Positions 14,801 through 29,800 of a DNA stretch of 64,000 bases are shown one piece after another (position 1 is the first letter of the stretch; each line of letters begins with the position of its first letter). The stretch spans positions 109,244,001 to 109,308,000 of the forward strand of contig NC_135809.1 of NCBI RefSeq assembly GCF_964213995.1, in the 5' to 3' direction. A model generated the notes under the pieces. It searched no databases and was not told the origin of the DNA. It saw nothing but the letters and a program-made list of their open reading frames with translations. Position numbers and translations under genes: made by a program. The stretch comes from Mustelus asterias. Lineage: Eukaryota.

Positions 14801-17800
14801 GGACATGAAGGGCAATTTGTAGCATGACCAATCAACCTAACCCGCACATCTTTGGACTGTGGGAGGAAACCAGAGCACCCGGAGGAAATCCACGGAGACA
14901 CGAGGAGAATGTGCAAACTCCACACAGACAGTGACCCAAGCCAGGAATCGAACCCAGGTCCCTGGAGCTGTGAAGCAGCAGTGCTAGCCACTGTGCTACC
15001 GTGCCACCTCTATATATACCTCTATTAGGTCGCCCCTCGTCCTCCGTCTTTCCAGGGAGAACAACCCCAGTTTACCCAATCTCTCCTCATAGCTAAGACC
15101 CTCCGTACCAGGCAACATCCTGGTAAACCTCTCTCTACTCTCTCCAAAGCCTCCACGTCCTTCTGGTAGTGTGGCGACCAGAACTGGACGCAGTATTCCA
15201 AATGTGGCCTAACCATCGTTCTATACAGCTGCAACATCATATGCCAACTTTTATATTCTATGCCCCGTCCAATAAAGGCAAGCATGCCATATGCTGCCTT
15301 CACCACCCTCTCCACCTGTGCTGCCACCTTTTAAGGATCTGTGGACTTGTACACCCAGGTCCCTCTGTGTGTCTATACTCCTGATGGTTCTGCCATTTAT
15401 TATATAGCTCCCCTTTACATTAGATCTACCGAAATGCATCACTTTGCATTTATCTGGATTAAATTCCATCTGCCATTTCTCCGCCCAATGTTCCAGCCTA
15501 TGTATATCCTGCTGTATTCTCTGACAATGTTCATCACTATCCGCAACTCCAGCAATCTTCGTGTCGTCCGCAAACTTACTGATCACACCAGTTACATCTT
15601 CCTCCAAATCGTTTGTATATATCACAAACAGCAGAGGTCCCAGTACAGAGCCCTGCGGAACACCACTAGTCACAGACCTCCCACCGGAAAAAGACCCCTC
15701 CACTGCTACTCTTTGTCTTCAATGGCTAAGCCAGTTCTCCACCCATATAGCTAGCTCACCTTTTATCCCGTGAGATTTAACCTTTTGCACCAGCCTGCCA
15801 TGAGGAACCTTGTCAAACGCTTTACTAAAATCCATATAGACGACGTCCACAGCCCTTCCCTCGTCAATCATTTTTGTCACCTCCTCAAAAAACTCAACCA
15901 AATTTGTGAGGCATGACCTCCCTCGTACAAAACCATGCTGTCTATCGCTAATGAGATTATTCAGTTCTAAATGCGCATATATCCTATCTCTAAGAATCTT
16001 CTCCAACAACTTCCCTACCACGGACGTCAAGCTCACCGGCCTATAATTACCCGGGTTATCCTTGCTACCCTTCTTAAATAACGGGACCATATTTGCTATC
16101 CTCCAATCCTCTGGGACCTCACCTGTGTCCAGTGAAGAGACAAAGATTTCCGTTAGAGGCCCAGCAATTACATCTCTCGCCTCCCTGAGGAGTCTAGGAT
16201 AGATGTCATCTGGCCCTGGGGATTTGTCTGTCTTAATGTTTCCTAAAAAACCTAACACTTCCTCCCTTGTAATTGAGATTTTTCTAACGGGTCAACACAT
16301 CTCTCTAAGACACTACCAGTCAACATGCCCCTCTCCTTTGTGAATACTGATGCAAAGTATTTGTTTAGGATCTCACCTACTTCCTTTGGTTCTGAGCATA
16401 ATGCCCCTTCTTTGTCCCTGCGAGGTCCGATCCTTTCCCTAACAACCTCGTTCCTAACGTATGTATAAAATGCCTTAGGATTCTCCTTAATCCTGTCTGC
16501 CAAGGATATTTCGTGACCCCTTTTTGCCCTTCTAAGTCCCTGTTTGAGCTATTTTCTACTTTCTCTGTATTCCTCCAGTGCTCCATCTGTTTTTAGCTGC
16601 CTGGACCTCATGTATGCCTCTTTTTTTCTTTTTGATTAGACCCACAATTTCACTGGTTATCCACGGCTCTCGAATCCTACCTTTCCTATCCTTCCTCTTT
16701 ACAGGCATATGCCTGTCCTGCAGTCCTATCAACTGCTTCTTAAAAGACTCCCACATGCCAGATGTGGATTTACCCTTGAACAACCTCTCCCAATCAACAG
16801 CCACCAAATCCTGCCTAATCCAGCTGTAGTCAGCCTTCCCCCAATTCAGTACCTTACCCAGAGGACAACACTCATCTTTTTCCATTACTATCCTAAAGTT
16901 TACAGAATTGTGGTCACTATTTGCCACATGTTCCCCTACTGAAACTTTGATGACCTGATCAGGCTCATTGCCCAGTACTAGATCCAGTATAGCCCCCTCT
17001 CTAGTTGGACTGTCAACATATTGTTCCAAAGAACCTTCCTGTACCCATTTTATAAATTCTTCCCTGTCCAGGCCCCCAGCCCTAAGCGATTTCCAGTCTA
17101 TACAAGGGAAATTAAAGCCTCCCACTACAACAACCCTATATTTTCTGCACCTGACCAGAATCTCCTTACATATCCGTTCCTCAGCTTCCCGTGGGCTGTT
17201 GGGAGGCCTGAAGTATACCCCCAGCATAGTGACTGCACCCTTCCTGTTTCTGAGCTCCACCCACAGTGACTCGTTACTCGACCCTTCCATATTGTCCACC
17301 TTCTGTACTGCTGTAATATGCAAATGTCGATGAAAATGTACCTCTTTTTCAGCAATGTTGAAATTCAGTATTGCCAAATGACTAACTTAGAATCAGGAAA
17401 TGGTACAATAGAAGTGGATTGGCTTCATCGGGTCCATTCTGGGTCTCTGCAGGAGATAGTTCCACTCCCTGCTCTTGCCCCTCGAGCCAATTCAGTACAA
17501 TCATGACTGGTCTGATTGTGGCTTTAACTCTATTTTTCTGCCTGACCCCTGGGGAGCTGCACTGAAAAGCCTCCCTCTACTCCAAGAAACACCTGTTCAT
17601 CACTAATCTCTGATTCCTATCACTTAGCCAATTTCATATCCACTGTGCCACTATCCAGTTTATTCCATAGGTTTCAACTCTGCTGACAGGTCTATTAAGT
17701 GACATTTATATAAACGTTGATATATACTACAACATTCCCTTCATAAATTCTCTCCATTTTCGACACAAAATAAGTTAAACATAATTTGCCTTTAACAATT

Positions 17801-20800
17801 CCATGTTGGTTTTCTTAATTAATCCACGTTTATCCCAACAGATTTTGTCTTGGAACATCATTTCTAAAAGCTTCCTTATCACTCTGGTTGAATTGACTGG
17901 ACTGCAATTGCAGGATTTATCTTTCCACCTTTTATTGAAGAAGGACATAGTTTTTTATTTATTAGTGTCACAAGCAGGCTTACATTAACACTGCAATGAA
18001 GTTACTGTGAAAATCCCCTAGTCGCCACACTCCAGCGCCTCTTCGGGTAACACTGAGGGAGAATTTAGCTTGGGCGGAAACTGGAGACCAGGAGGAAACC
18101 CATGTAGACACGGGGAGAACGTACAGACTCCACGCAGACAGTGACCGAAGCTAGGAATCGAACCTGGGTCCCTGGCGCTGTGAGGCAGCAGTGCTAACCA
18201 CTGTGCCACCCAGCATTTGCAATTCCTCCGTTCTCTCGCACCACACTCTCATTTCTGGATATAATGATGAAACTTATAGCTGTCTGCTGCGAATTTCCCA
18301 AAACAATGTGCATTTTTAATGTGCCCTGCAAGTGGCAGCATTTTAAATATCTGAAAATTACTTATAAAAGATCCAGAACGGTTTGCTCATTTTATTGGTG
18401 TACAGTCAACCATTTCAAGAAAAATAGTATTCAAAACTTACAAAATTTGACTATTGGTGTTTTTGTGCCAAAAAAGGTTAATTTTAAAAGAAGGTTGGAA
18501 ATAGAAACATTAAAATGCTGGAAACTTTCAGCAGATCTGGCTGATTTGGAGGGATCACTGACCTGAGGCACTGACTGTCTCTCTTTCTCCACAGATGCTG
18601 CAGGACCTGTTGAGTTTTTAATTTATTTATTTAAGACCTTTCTTGAAGCCAAACGGGTCCAAGTACCAGGGCTTGGGTGTAGTGATTGACTTGACCTTGG
18701 GCCATGGCCAATTGTGTTGATGGGGCCAGCTTTAGCACATAACTTTCTAAACTAGCTCAAAAAGGTCACAGAAATTCAATTTGTGCTGATTGCAGTTTGC
18801 ACTGCTTTGGTCGTCTGTAATAAGTCCTCGGAGGCAAAAGTCCCTCCACCAAGATCCCTTTATTTATAAGTCTGACAACAGCATACAGAGTGCTTTCAGT
18901 TAGCAGTCTACACTCGGAGTCCCAGAGGAACTGACACTCCTGGTTAAATACAAAGCAAGAGGCTCCCTGATTAGCCCATCAGTTCTAACAGGCCAACCTC
19001 AATTGCCTGATTAAAGTCATTACATTGTCTTTGGCTGAAATGACTTGGGGAATAAAGCAGCACAACCAAATTGAAACCTCTGTCCTGTGTAGATACACAA
19101 AGTATAATGTCTTCTATATATACTTCTTCATTCAGCCTGTAGCCTAGCAAGAAAATAAACAAGTCAACAAATGAGTGTTTAAACTGTTAACTTTTATTTT
19201 GTTTTATTAGTTCCTCCTGAAATTACTGTGAGCAAACCTTCCATCATTCGCCACTTAGAAGAAGCTACCATCAGTTACCAAGTTCTGAGGTTCAGACCTC
19301 GGGAAATTACAATTTATTTACTCATGAAGAGGATGGGGCATCAAACAGGAAGAAAGATTTTTGAATGGCAAAGCTCGGAGAACAGAACCAGTTCAGCACC
19401 CAGAGATACAACCAATGAAGTGCAGCTTCTTATCAATGGCAATGAAAGAGACCCATCCTTTCCGTCATGGCAGCCAGTATTTTCTGATAACGGAGATGGA
19501 ACCTTCAAAGTACAGGGCGATATCAAAATGTATCCTGATGTATTCAAAGATAATGAGGCTGAATTAATTTTGCATGTTCACCATAAAACCTGTGCACAAC
19601 CTGCTGTGAAATCTATGACACTGGATGTTAGAGGAGGTAAATCATGAACATTATTATTAATGCTCTTTGAATCCAGTCTGGATTTATTTTGTTAACTTGT
19701 GTCTTTGAATATATGAAGTGACATGTGCTGAATAGTAATAAGGCAGATCTGCCATCTGTGGTCTCCAAATTATGGAGAAATCCACCTGTGAAATAGTATT
19801 TTCTCACTCTTATTAATGCTAAAAATTATTTTGGATTAAATAGTTGACTGTTTCCTGTTTTGTTTTTTGTTCCCAAAGTCCCACCAAAAGTTTCAAACAT
19901 TGTGGTGCCGCTTCACACTCATCATAATGAACTTGTGGCCTTGACTTGTTCAATCAATGGCTTTAAACCAAGACCATTAACGATAATATGGCAACAAATG
20001 AGGATGAATAGTGGGTTGAAAGAAATTGTTCGTTTGGATCAGAACAACAGAACAATAGTTGCTCCTGACCATGGGATGATGCGGAAGTGTGACCATCAAA
20101 TAAGTGAGGTTGAATATGAAGACAAATCATATGGCATCACCAGTATCCTAATTATTATGCCAGATATACTTCAAGACCAGGGCACAAAGTATATCTGTGA
20201 GGTACAACACGAATGCACTAAGAGTGTGGAGAGGAAAGAAATAACTCTAAACGTTACTGGTATGTAATATTTTCAACATTTTTAGTGACTGAAGTGTCCT
20301 GAGCATGATATTTCTCCAACTGAGGTTATTGTGTAACTTTTTATTTTACACTTAGTCCCATTCTGAATTTTCAGAGCACAATGGATTAAATTATCTGTGG
20401 AGATGCCGGCGTTGGACTGGGGTAAACACAGTAAGAAGTTTAACAACACCAGGTTAAAGTCCAACAGGTTTATTTGGTAGCAAAAGCCACACAAGCTTTC
20501 GAGGCTCTGAGCCCCTTCTTCAGGTGAGTGGGAATTCTGTTCACAAACAGAACTTATAAAGACACAGACTCAATTTACATGAATAATGGTTGGAATGCGA
20601 ATACTTACAACTAATCCAGTCTTTAAGAAACAAAACAATGGGAGTGGAGAGAGCATCAAGACAGGCTAAAAAGATGTGTATTGTCTCCAGACAAGACAGC
20701 CAGTGAAACTCTGCAGGTCCACGCAACTGTGGGAGTTACAAATAGTGTGACATAGTATGTCACACTATTTGTAACTCCCACAGTTGCGTGGACCTGCAGA

Positions 20801-23800
20801 GTTTCACTGGCTGTCTTGTCTGGAGACAATACACATCTTTTTAGCCTGTCTTGATGCTCTCTCCACTCCCATTGTTTTGTTTCTTAAAGACTGGATTAGT
20901 TGTAAGTATTCGCATTCCAACCATTATTCATGTAAATTGAGTCTGTGTCTTTATAAGTTCTGTTTGTGAACAGAATTCCCACTCACCTGAAGAAGGGGCT
21001 CAGAGCCTCGAAAGCTTGTGTGGCTTTTGCTACCAAATAAACCTGTTGGACTTTAACCTGGTGTTGTTAAACTTCTTACTGTATTAAATTATCTGGCCAT
21101 TGGCTACAGATAGGGTAGAATCTAGACTCCATTATCTATAACCCGTCTCTGTTAAAACCTACAGTTTGTTTTTTCCTGTTTCTTATTCAGCCCCTCCAAA
21201 ACTGGACATAATAACAAGTACAGAAAAAACAATTGCAGGAGAACCCATGACTTTATACTGTCGAATACATTCTTTCTACCCCAAGATCATCAGCGTTACT
21301 TGGCTCAAAAGTGGTGAAATAATGACAGAAGAATCTGAAGAAAGTGAGCCAACTCTGGGAAGTGATGGACTCTATTGCTTGACAAGTAGTGTGAAGAGTC
21401 TACCTACCAGGGCTGATGTTGAGAAGACGTACACGTGCCAAGTAGAACATGAAAGCCTAATAAAGCCATCGGAAGTTAACTGGGTGCTCGATCGACTGGG
21501 TAAGCAACCATTACCACAAACCAAAATAACTATGCTTACTGGATGAAAATCAAATGAGAAAATGACCCATGATTATACTTTTGTCGCACTTTCTTTATCA
21601 TGAATCGAGCCAAAAAGAAATCGCACATTAAGTAACAAATTATATGACAAAAAGCTAAATTTTGCTTTAGACAGTAGATCTCGCATTGATTTTCACCCCC
21701 TGCACATAGCTACACAGTTCCATAAAACATTGTCCTTTATTAGTGCAGGGAGTCCTATCTGACAACGGCTTTCACCTTCATGTTTCATGAATATCAGCGC
21801 CAACGCATATTTCTATGAACCCTCTTTCCCCCTCCAGTCATGACAGTCTAGCTTTCCGGACCCCAGAGTTCTTTTTCAACTGGCCAAATTATAACACTTT
21901 GCAGTTTAGCCACTTCTGGGAACACATTTCAGTTTTTAAGCATCTCCAAGCTCTTTACGCAGCTTTCCAGGTTTTGTGTATTCGTAGCCAGTTTGCACAG
22001 TACCTCAGAAGAGTTCCCATCTCCTTTTTTTTCTGCCAAACAACAGGCAAAACTGATCTTCTCTGCACAAGAAATCACTTGTGTTAATCCTTTCTGTGTT
22101 TGTATTTTTTCTGTTTGTCTGCATCCATGCACTAATGACCTTCACCCTCCAACTCATCTGCGTGTAGCGCTCCTTTGAACCTAGCTGCCAGCCACACTTC
22201 TTAACTTTCTTTTTATTTGTACTGCTTCCAGGTCACGTGGACCTGTATTTCTTATTATCGAAGGAAATTTCAATGAATTCTTTTACAATTGATGCAGACA
22301 GACATTTAAAACTCTTCAAAACATTTACAGATTCCACATACTTTTCAAGGAATTACATTTTTTTTTGTGTTCTGCTTCTGTCAAAGATTTTTTTTGAAAA
22401 ATAGTAGAGCATCTGACGGGTATTAGTTTAAAGGGCTCTTGCTCATTTAGGGATTTATATTGTTTGTGTGGCAGGTTTCCGTGAGCTGATAGCCTGGGGA
22501 AAATCTGGTGCAGGAAATGCAGTTATATATCTCCTTTAGCTTTTAACAAATTTAAGGTTTTTCACTTGTTCACGGGACGTGGGTCTCATTGAACAAGGTC
22601 AACAAAAACCCAGCTTCTTTAACGGCTGCAGTTTGTGCAAGGTAGGTACTCCCACAGAGCTGTTGGCAGAAATTCCAGTAATCAAAAGGCAATATATTTC
22701 CGAGTCAGGATGGGAGTGTCATTTGGAGAGGAAATTGTGTGATGTATTCACCTCTACTTTTCTACTACCAGGTTTGTTATTGAATGAGCCTTGGTAAGTA
22801 GCTGCAGCGCCTCCTACAGGAAGTACACATTACTGTCACTGTGTGCTGGTGGTGGAGGGAGCGAATATTTAAGGAGGTAGATAGGGTATCAAATAAACAG
22901 ACTGTTTTGTTGTGGACTCATTGAATTTTGTTGGAGCTGCACTTATCCAGACAGGTGGAGATTATTCCATTATTAGCCTGTCTTGTGCCCTGTAGTTGGT
23001 GCAAAGTCTTTAGGGAGACAGAGTAGTGAACTTCTCGTGGCTAACCCACGAAATTTCTAGTCAGTGGTGACCCGAAGATGTTGATCATGGGGGAGGTTTG
23101 GTAATTATAATGCCCTTGAATATCAGTGGAGGTGGTGTCAAAGGTTGGTGGTTAGACTCTCTTCGTTGGAAATGATTATTGCCTGGCATATGTGAGGTCT
23201 GAATGTAACTTTGTTTATCAACCCATGTCTAAATGCTGTTCATGTCCTGCTGCATGTGAGCATTGAATGGGGTCTGGCATTATAGTAGTTATCATGTCCT
23301 AGTTCAGGACATATCCAGGAATAGTGATAGAGGATTCTGACACATTCATTGAGAGGTATTATTCTGAGTATAACTAGTTCAGCCTATTATTTGAAAGTCT
23401 ATTCAGCAGCTCATTCAATTTGGCACTAGTTCCCAGATGTTAGTCAGAAGGGTTTGCAGTCTTGGCTGGGATGGGTGCATCAGGTGGTGAAATCAACAGT
23501 GCGGTGTTTGATGGAGATATAAATTCGTTCCAGCAAATATGTCCGAGAGAAAGAACACAAAAGAAACAAAATAATAGTTTTATATAAAATTACATTTAAA
23601 CATGTTACTTTCCTAAAATTTGCAAAAAATATAAAGTACCAAATAGAACTCTGCACATTTAGTTCACCCCTGTCTCTGCTCATCTGCTGAAATCCTCATT
23701 CATGCCTTTGTTAACTCGAGCCTTGACTATTACATCGCACGCCTCACAGGTATCACACATTCTACCCTCTGTAAAATTGAGTCATACAGAACTCTGCTGC

Positions 23801-26800
23801 AAGTACTTCAGGATGTTTCATGTTAAAAACACTATATTTGTGGAAGTTATTAATGTTCCATGCTGGAGGTAATGATGGGGAGTAATCAACACATTGTTAA
23901 TTGAGCTTTTAAATTAAAGATAATGCCATGTCTTACTTAGGATAAACTCTGTGATTTTTTGTGGTGAGTTCAGGGCAACCCAAACGATTTATGACACGTT
24001 TAGTTCAGTATCTACTGTACAAAAACAGCGATGTTATTCCTTTCAATGCATTTAAATGGTGAACACAGTAAGAAGTTTAACAACACCAGACCGCAAACTT
24101 TAAATGGTGAGCCAGAGACCTAACTGCTATTTTCACAAATGTGATGGCAACTCAGACAGCAACTCTTATCTAAGTCGGTAAACACTAGATTGTTAATGAA
24201 TTTCTTTTGAAGTGTAATCTTTGGTTTTCTGGACAAACAGGGCAATTTGTGCAAAGCAGTGTCCCACAAACAGCGATGTGACGGACAACCAGTTCATCTG
24301 TTTTTTTTTTTTTGCTGAGTGTGTTTGAATGTGAAATGTTGGTCAGAATTCCTTGCTCTAGGGAATAGGTTCAGTGAGATCTTTTATGTTTGCCGGAAGA
24401 GGTGGATCCAGCGACTTTTTATTTCTGCATTGTAATGACCTAACTTCCTGTGAATTATTCCCTCAAGCTCTGGAATGGCACTTACCAACTAGACCACCTT
24501 CAAAGGCGAGAGTAGCACTGGTGAACCAAGCTGAGTGGTGTTGGAAAGCGTTGTTTGCAGCCCCATGTTAGCTCGTAGGGAGAAGGCATCATCTGATTTC
24601 AGCCTGAGCAATTGAAAAGTAAAGCACGAAGAATGGCTTCCTCTGTGCTGTAGCCATTCGGCCTGCCATATCCATGCCAAAATCTGCTAGAGCAACCTGC
24701 TGTTGTCATTCCCCTACCGTTTCCCTGAGCCCTCCAATGTTTTGATCTTCAGATAATTATCCAGTTCACTTTTGAAAGCCACAACTGAATCTGCCTCCAC
24801 CATGCTCTCCGGCGGCTCGTGATATTAAACATCTTTATCAAATTCCTTCTCAATCTTCCCTGCTCTGAGCAGAATGATTGCAGCTTTTCTAGTCTCTCCA
24901 CACCCCTCAATCCTTTGTTATAGTAAATCTCTGCTGCAGCCTTAAACATCCTTTCCAATGCAGCGTGCCAGGAATTGAAGACCGCACTCCAACTGGGGCT
25001 TAACTCGTGATTTAAAATGATAAGATTGCAAGTTCAATCCCCGAGTTAACCATTGGTGGAGCGCTATAATCTGCCTTGGCCCCGATGAACTAGATGAATT
25101 ATCACGAATTACTGATGCTGGGTTGGAAAGATTGAGAGTGTTTTATCTGGTGAATGAAAGATTAGGGTTGAATAGCCTGTGAGCATTCATTGTTCAATCT
25201 CAGAAATGTCCAGCAGATGCCGGAGCAACTGTGGTCTGGGACATTGTGAGGGAGTAAAACCCAAAGCAGAGAAAAATAATATTTTGTTCAAGACATCAAT
25301 GTTTGAAAGTTTATCAAGGTGCACTAGACTTTTGTTTTAAATTGTGGTATTCATTCAGTTATGCAACCCCATTAACACTCTGTTTATTTTACATATGTCA
25401 GTGTCCGTGCCAAAGGTAACAGAAGTTACAGCAGATCCTGTCCACCCAGAAGTGGGAAAATCTGTAACACTTTCCTGCAAAGCATTCAACTTCTTCCCAG
25501 AAGACAATAAAATATTCTGGTTCAAAGGGTTTGAAAAAACTGAAGATGGAGTTCAAACAGATGACGTTCAGTTGGATAGAGCAACTGGTTTATACTCTCG
25601 ATGGTCCAAAAGGACATTTATTCCAACTCATTTGGACCACGGAAAAGAGTTCAAAATGCAAATTCTTCACTCTGAAACTTCAAACAAACCTATCTCATCC
25701 AGCCATTTTCTGAAAATAATGGGTAAGCCAGATCCCAGAAACCTCATAGTACCAATTATCGAATATTGAAAAAAGTATTTGGAAATGGACAGATATGTTC
25801 CAAATTCATGAAAGTGACATGTTTTAATAGAGGCTGTTTAGACAAAGAAAACAGCCATTACAATCACTTTAGAGACATTGAAAGAGAAATCTGAACACAT
25901 TCTAACCAATAGAAATATGCCACAAAATTTCAGTTTCTAAAAAAAAGTAAGAACTAGCTTTATTGTATCGAGAACAAATTAAAGCGAGTACGATTAACTA
26001 CATACATATATTATGCACTCTGGTTTACTACTTAGTTCCCCCAAAGAATTCCCTTATAAAACACATCAATCTTAAAGTTAGTTACTTCTGTATGGACCTC
26101 CATAAATGTGCCACAGTCTTGGGAGAATTCTCCTCTGCTTCAACTATTCTCAGAGGGAAAAATACTTAAACCTGATAGGGGTGAAACTGTGATCAGGCTA
26201 GGGACAAGGCTAGCCCGTTGCACTAGGGGTGTGCTGACGCCTGCGATCATGGTTCGCCTAAGCCAGGGTAGAGTAAAGGATCAGCATAGCCAATGGGGTT
26301 AAACCGAGACTCTACCTGATGCAATTTTTCAAAGCCATCTTGGCCAAGATGGAGTGTTAGATCAAGCCCGGGAGGGGGGTGCAATGTCTCATCCTGTCAG
26401 CTTGGATCTTGTTTGATCGAGCCCAAGATAGGATCATTCATTCATGGGAAATGGGCATTGCTGGCTGGCCAGCATTTATTGCCCATCTCTAATTGCATGG
26501 GGGCAGTTGAGAGTCAACCACATTGCTGTGGGTCTGGAGTCACATGTAAGCCAGACCGAGTAAGTTTGGCAGATTTCCTTCCCTAAAGGACATTAGTGAA
26601 CCAGATAGATTTTTCCAACAATTGACAATGGTTTCATGGTCATCAGTAGATTCTTAATTCCAGATTTTATTTTATTTTTTTAATTCAAATTCCACCATCT
26701 GCCTTGGTGGGATTCGAACCTGAGTCTCCAGAACATTAGCTGAGTTTCTGGATTAATAGTCTAGCGATAATACCACTAGGCCATCACTTCCCCCGATGCA

Positions 26801-29800
26801 AAGTCTTGTCTTGTCAACTTGGATCTTGTTTGTCCTTCATCTGGGGACCATGGTTTGGACTTAATTTGAATTGGCTTTTTTGATTAGAAATGAAGAAAGG
26901 TAGCCAAAAAAACTTTATTTACCATCTCTGGACAGTGGATGCCCCAGTCCCTTGCTCTAGTTACTTTCAAATACTTCTAAGCTAATCTGTTTTGGATGCT
27001 TTATTTGCTGAAAGACTATAGGGACCATTGGGGAGTCGGTTAGCTCAGTTGGCTGGCTGGTTAGTTCATCATGCAGAGTGATGCCAACAACACGGGTTCA
27101 CTTTCCAGACCAGTTGAGGTTATTCATCAAGGCCTGCCTTCTCAACCTTGCCCCTTGCCTGAGGTGTGGTAATCCTCAGGTTAAATCACCAGTCAGCTCT
27201 CCGGCTGAAAGGGAAGAGCAGCCTATAGTCATTTGGGTCTATGGTGATTTTATCTTTATGGGAACACTGTAAATTCTCTCACTAGTTTCAAAGTAAGCAG
27301 TCTGCCAACTTCTGACAAAATTCAAACTGTGATTAATCCTCATCTGCCTTGCATATGGTGAATAGTGACTTTCCTTTACTCTGCTTATAGTGCAGGTCTA
27401 TTTAACTGCCATTCACTTTGGCTTTCTCCTTTCTGTGAGCTGCAAGCCACATGATGTCCAAATTGCAGCTAACTCTTGGGAACAGCCAGATAAACCTGAA
27501 TGCTCCACCTGCTGTTTGATGTTAATAGCTTGAAAGACAATATCATAAAAGGGCCTCAAAACTTTAGCATAATAGACTCTAAGCTTGTTTTAATTGCATT
27601 TGCACCATTTTCTATAGTTAAGACATTCATTCCCAAAATCAAAAAGCCATACTCTAAAACATATAAAATGTGGACTAGATATTTGCAACATAGTATTAAA
27701 CTGATGGCATAGCAAAAATTGTTGAGGATCAAACTTGGATTGATACGTATTACATTGATATAACTAGAATGCCTCCTGAATCAATTCTCTAATGCAACAC
27801 GCTTGCAACAAATAAAGCTGAGCTATACATGCAGCTGTAAGACCTTTCAACCTGAATTCTCCCTCACACACACACCCTGCTGGCAGGTCTTTAGATGGGA
27901 GAGCATGCATGCAATTTTACGGTGGGGCAGACCAGGCCTCTGACGATGCTTGCCCCTGAATAATTCCTTAAATAGCCACTTAAGGACCCTTTCCCACCGA
28001 GCTTCACTTATTGGGCTTCAGACAGGGGGCATCCTCCACTCAGGGCTATGCTTCCATTGATTCCCAGGATCTCAGGAGCCAACCATGGCTGCCTCTAACA
28101 GGATGCTGGCATTGCCTTTATTTTGTAGATAATTTTAAGTATGAAGGGATGAGCTACCTGCTTCGGAGTGCCTTCAGAAACTGTGCCATGTCACTTACAT
28201 TCCTGCTTTGCTTGTGGGCTTTGCTTTCAGCAGTAGAATTAGTACTAAATTGTGCTATTCCAACATAATTGCAATTATCAAATCAGTAGCATGAATGTTC
28301 TGTAAGTAAGATTTTTTTTTAAGTTGTCATAGTCTTTGAAAAAAGCCTAAGTTGCACAATGGTAAATCTGATGACTGCTCCTGTATAAAAGTCTATGGCT
28401 TGTATAAAAGTTGAACATGTGGGGGGAAAAAAGCCATCTTTTGAATCTCCTTTTTGATACTTCAACCTGATGACTATTTGGTATAGTAGTCAACTGTAGT
28501 TTCATGCTATTTTTACAGGAATTCCATCTGTTGAAGAAATCAAATTTGACCCACCAGAAGCCACATATGGTTCCGATCTTGTTTTGATCTGCAGCATCTC
28601 TAACTTTTACCCACAAACTATTGAAACAGTTTGGCGAAATAAAGGAGGCCAGATAATCAAAGGGATCACAATTAAAGGACCTGTGAAGGACGAAAGCGGA
28701 TGTTATCGGTTGACTTCCCAATTGCAAGTAAAACCAACTGCACAAGATTATGATGAAGTATTTTCCTTCCATGTGAATCACGTGAAATTAAAAGCTCCAA
28801 TTGTAAAACAGACATATCTAACACTTCCAGGTAGGTTTTGTCCTGATCCTTCTATCTACAAGTTTGAAAAGTTCCACTTCATATTTAAATATTTGTGATT
28901 TAAGTGAATGCATTCACTAGGCCACGCACAAATAAGTGGGATGGCACGGTGGGGTGGCATGGTAGCACAGTGGTTAGCACCGCTGCTTCACAGCGCCAGG
29001 GACCCGGGTTCAATTCCCGGCTTGGGTCACTGTCTGTGTGGAGTCTGCATGTTCTCCCCCGTGCCTGCGTGGGTTTCATCCAGGTGCTCCGGTTTCCTCC
29101 CACATTCTGAAAGGCATGCTGATTAGGTGCATTGACCCGAATAGGCACCGGATTGGGGCGAATAGGGGAATTTCACAGTAACTTCATTGCAGTGTTAATG
29201 TAAGCCTTACTTGTGACTAATAAATAAACTTTATTTTAACTTTACTTTAATCTGGCAGAATCCGACTAGATATGGGGTTGGGGGGTAAGAACACACATTT
29301 ATTATGAGCCATTTCATATTAAATAACTGTGAAGCAAATTCGAATTCGATAAATTGGAGAAAGAAGACTTCAATTTAAGTTACTTAAAGGAAGGATATTT
29401 GATTTAAGGCAGTTATATTCACTGTAAAATATTACATTCCAATTAAATGCATCTTGGAAGTTCTGAACCTTTTTCTTGCCTGAGGACATCAGTTCTTCAG
29501 CTTGTTTAAAATATCAAACTTTCAGAACAAATCTGTTGAATAGGATTTGGACTTTTTTCTTTTGTGTGATACAATTTCCTTCCTGAGTATTAATTCAATG
29601 ACCTTTGTTGTCTGGGATGTCCCTTTGACACCTATGAGTGCCTGTTACAACATGCTGCTGTAAAATGGTACACCAAAGTACATAGAACATAGAACAGTAC
29701 AGCACAGAACAGGCCCTTCGGCCCACGATGTTGTGCCGACCTTCATCTGAAACCAAGATCAAGCTATCCCACTCCCTACCATCCTGGTGTGCTCCATGTG

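Noticed and set aside
19267-19290. ITIM-like ISYQVL in D3 (and ITSM-like TLYCRI in D5)
   Set aside because: Both lie on the B strand of predicted folded Ig domains and are probably inaccessible
20541-20969. Two identical 61-aa ORFs on opposite strands
   Set aside because: A by-product of the palindrome, not genes
27030-27110. tRNA-like sequence GGTTAGCTCAGTTGG...GGGTTCA
   Set aside because: No complete cloverleaf; more likely a decayed SINE head than a tRNA gene
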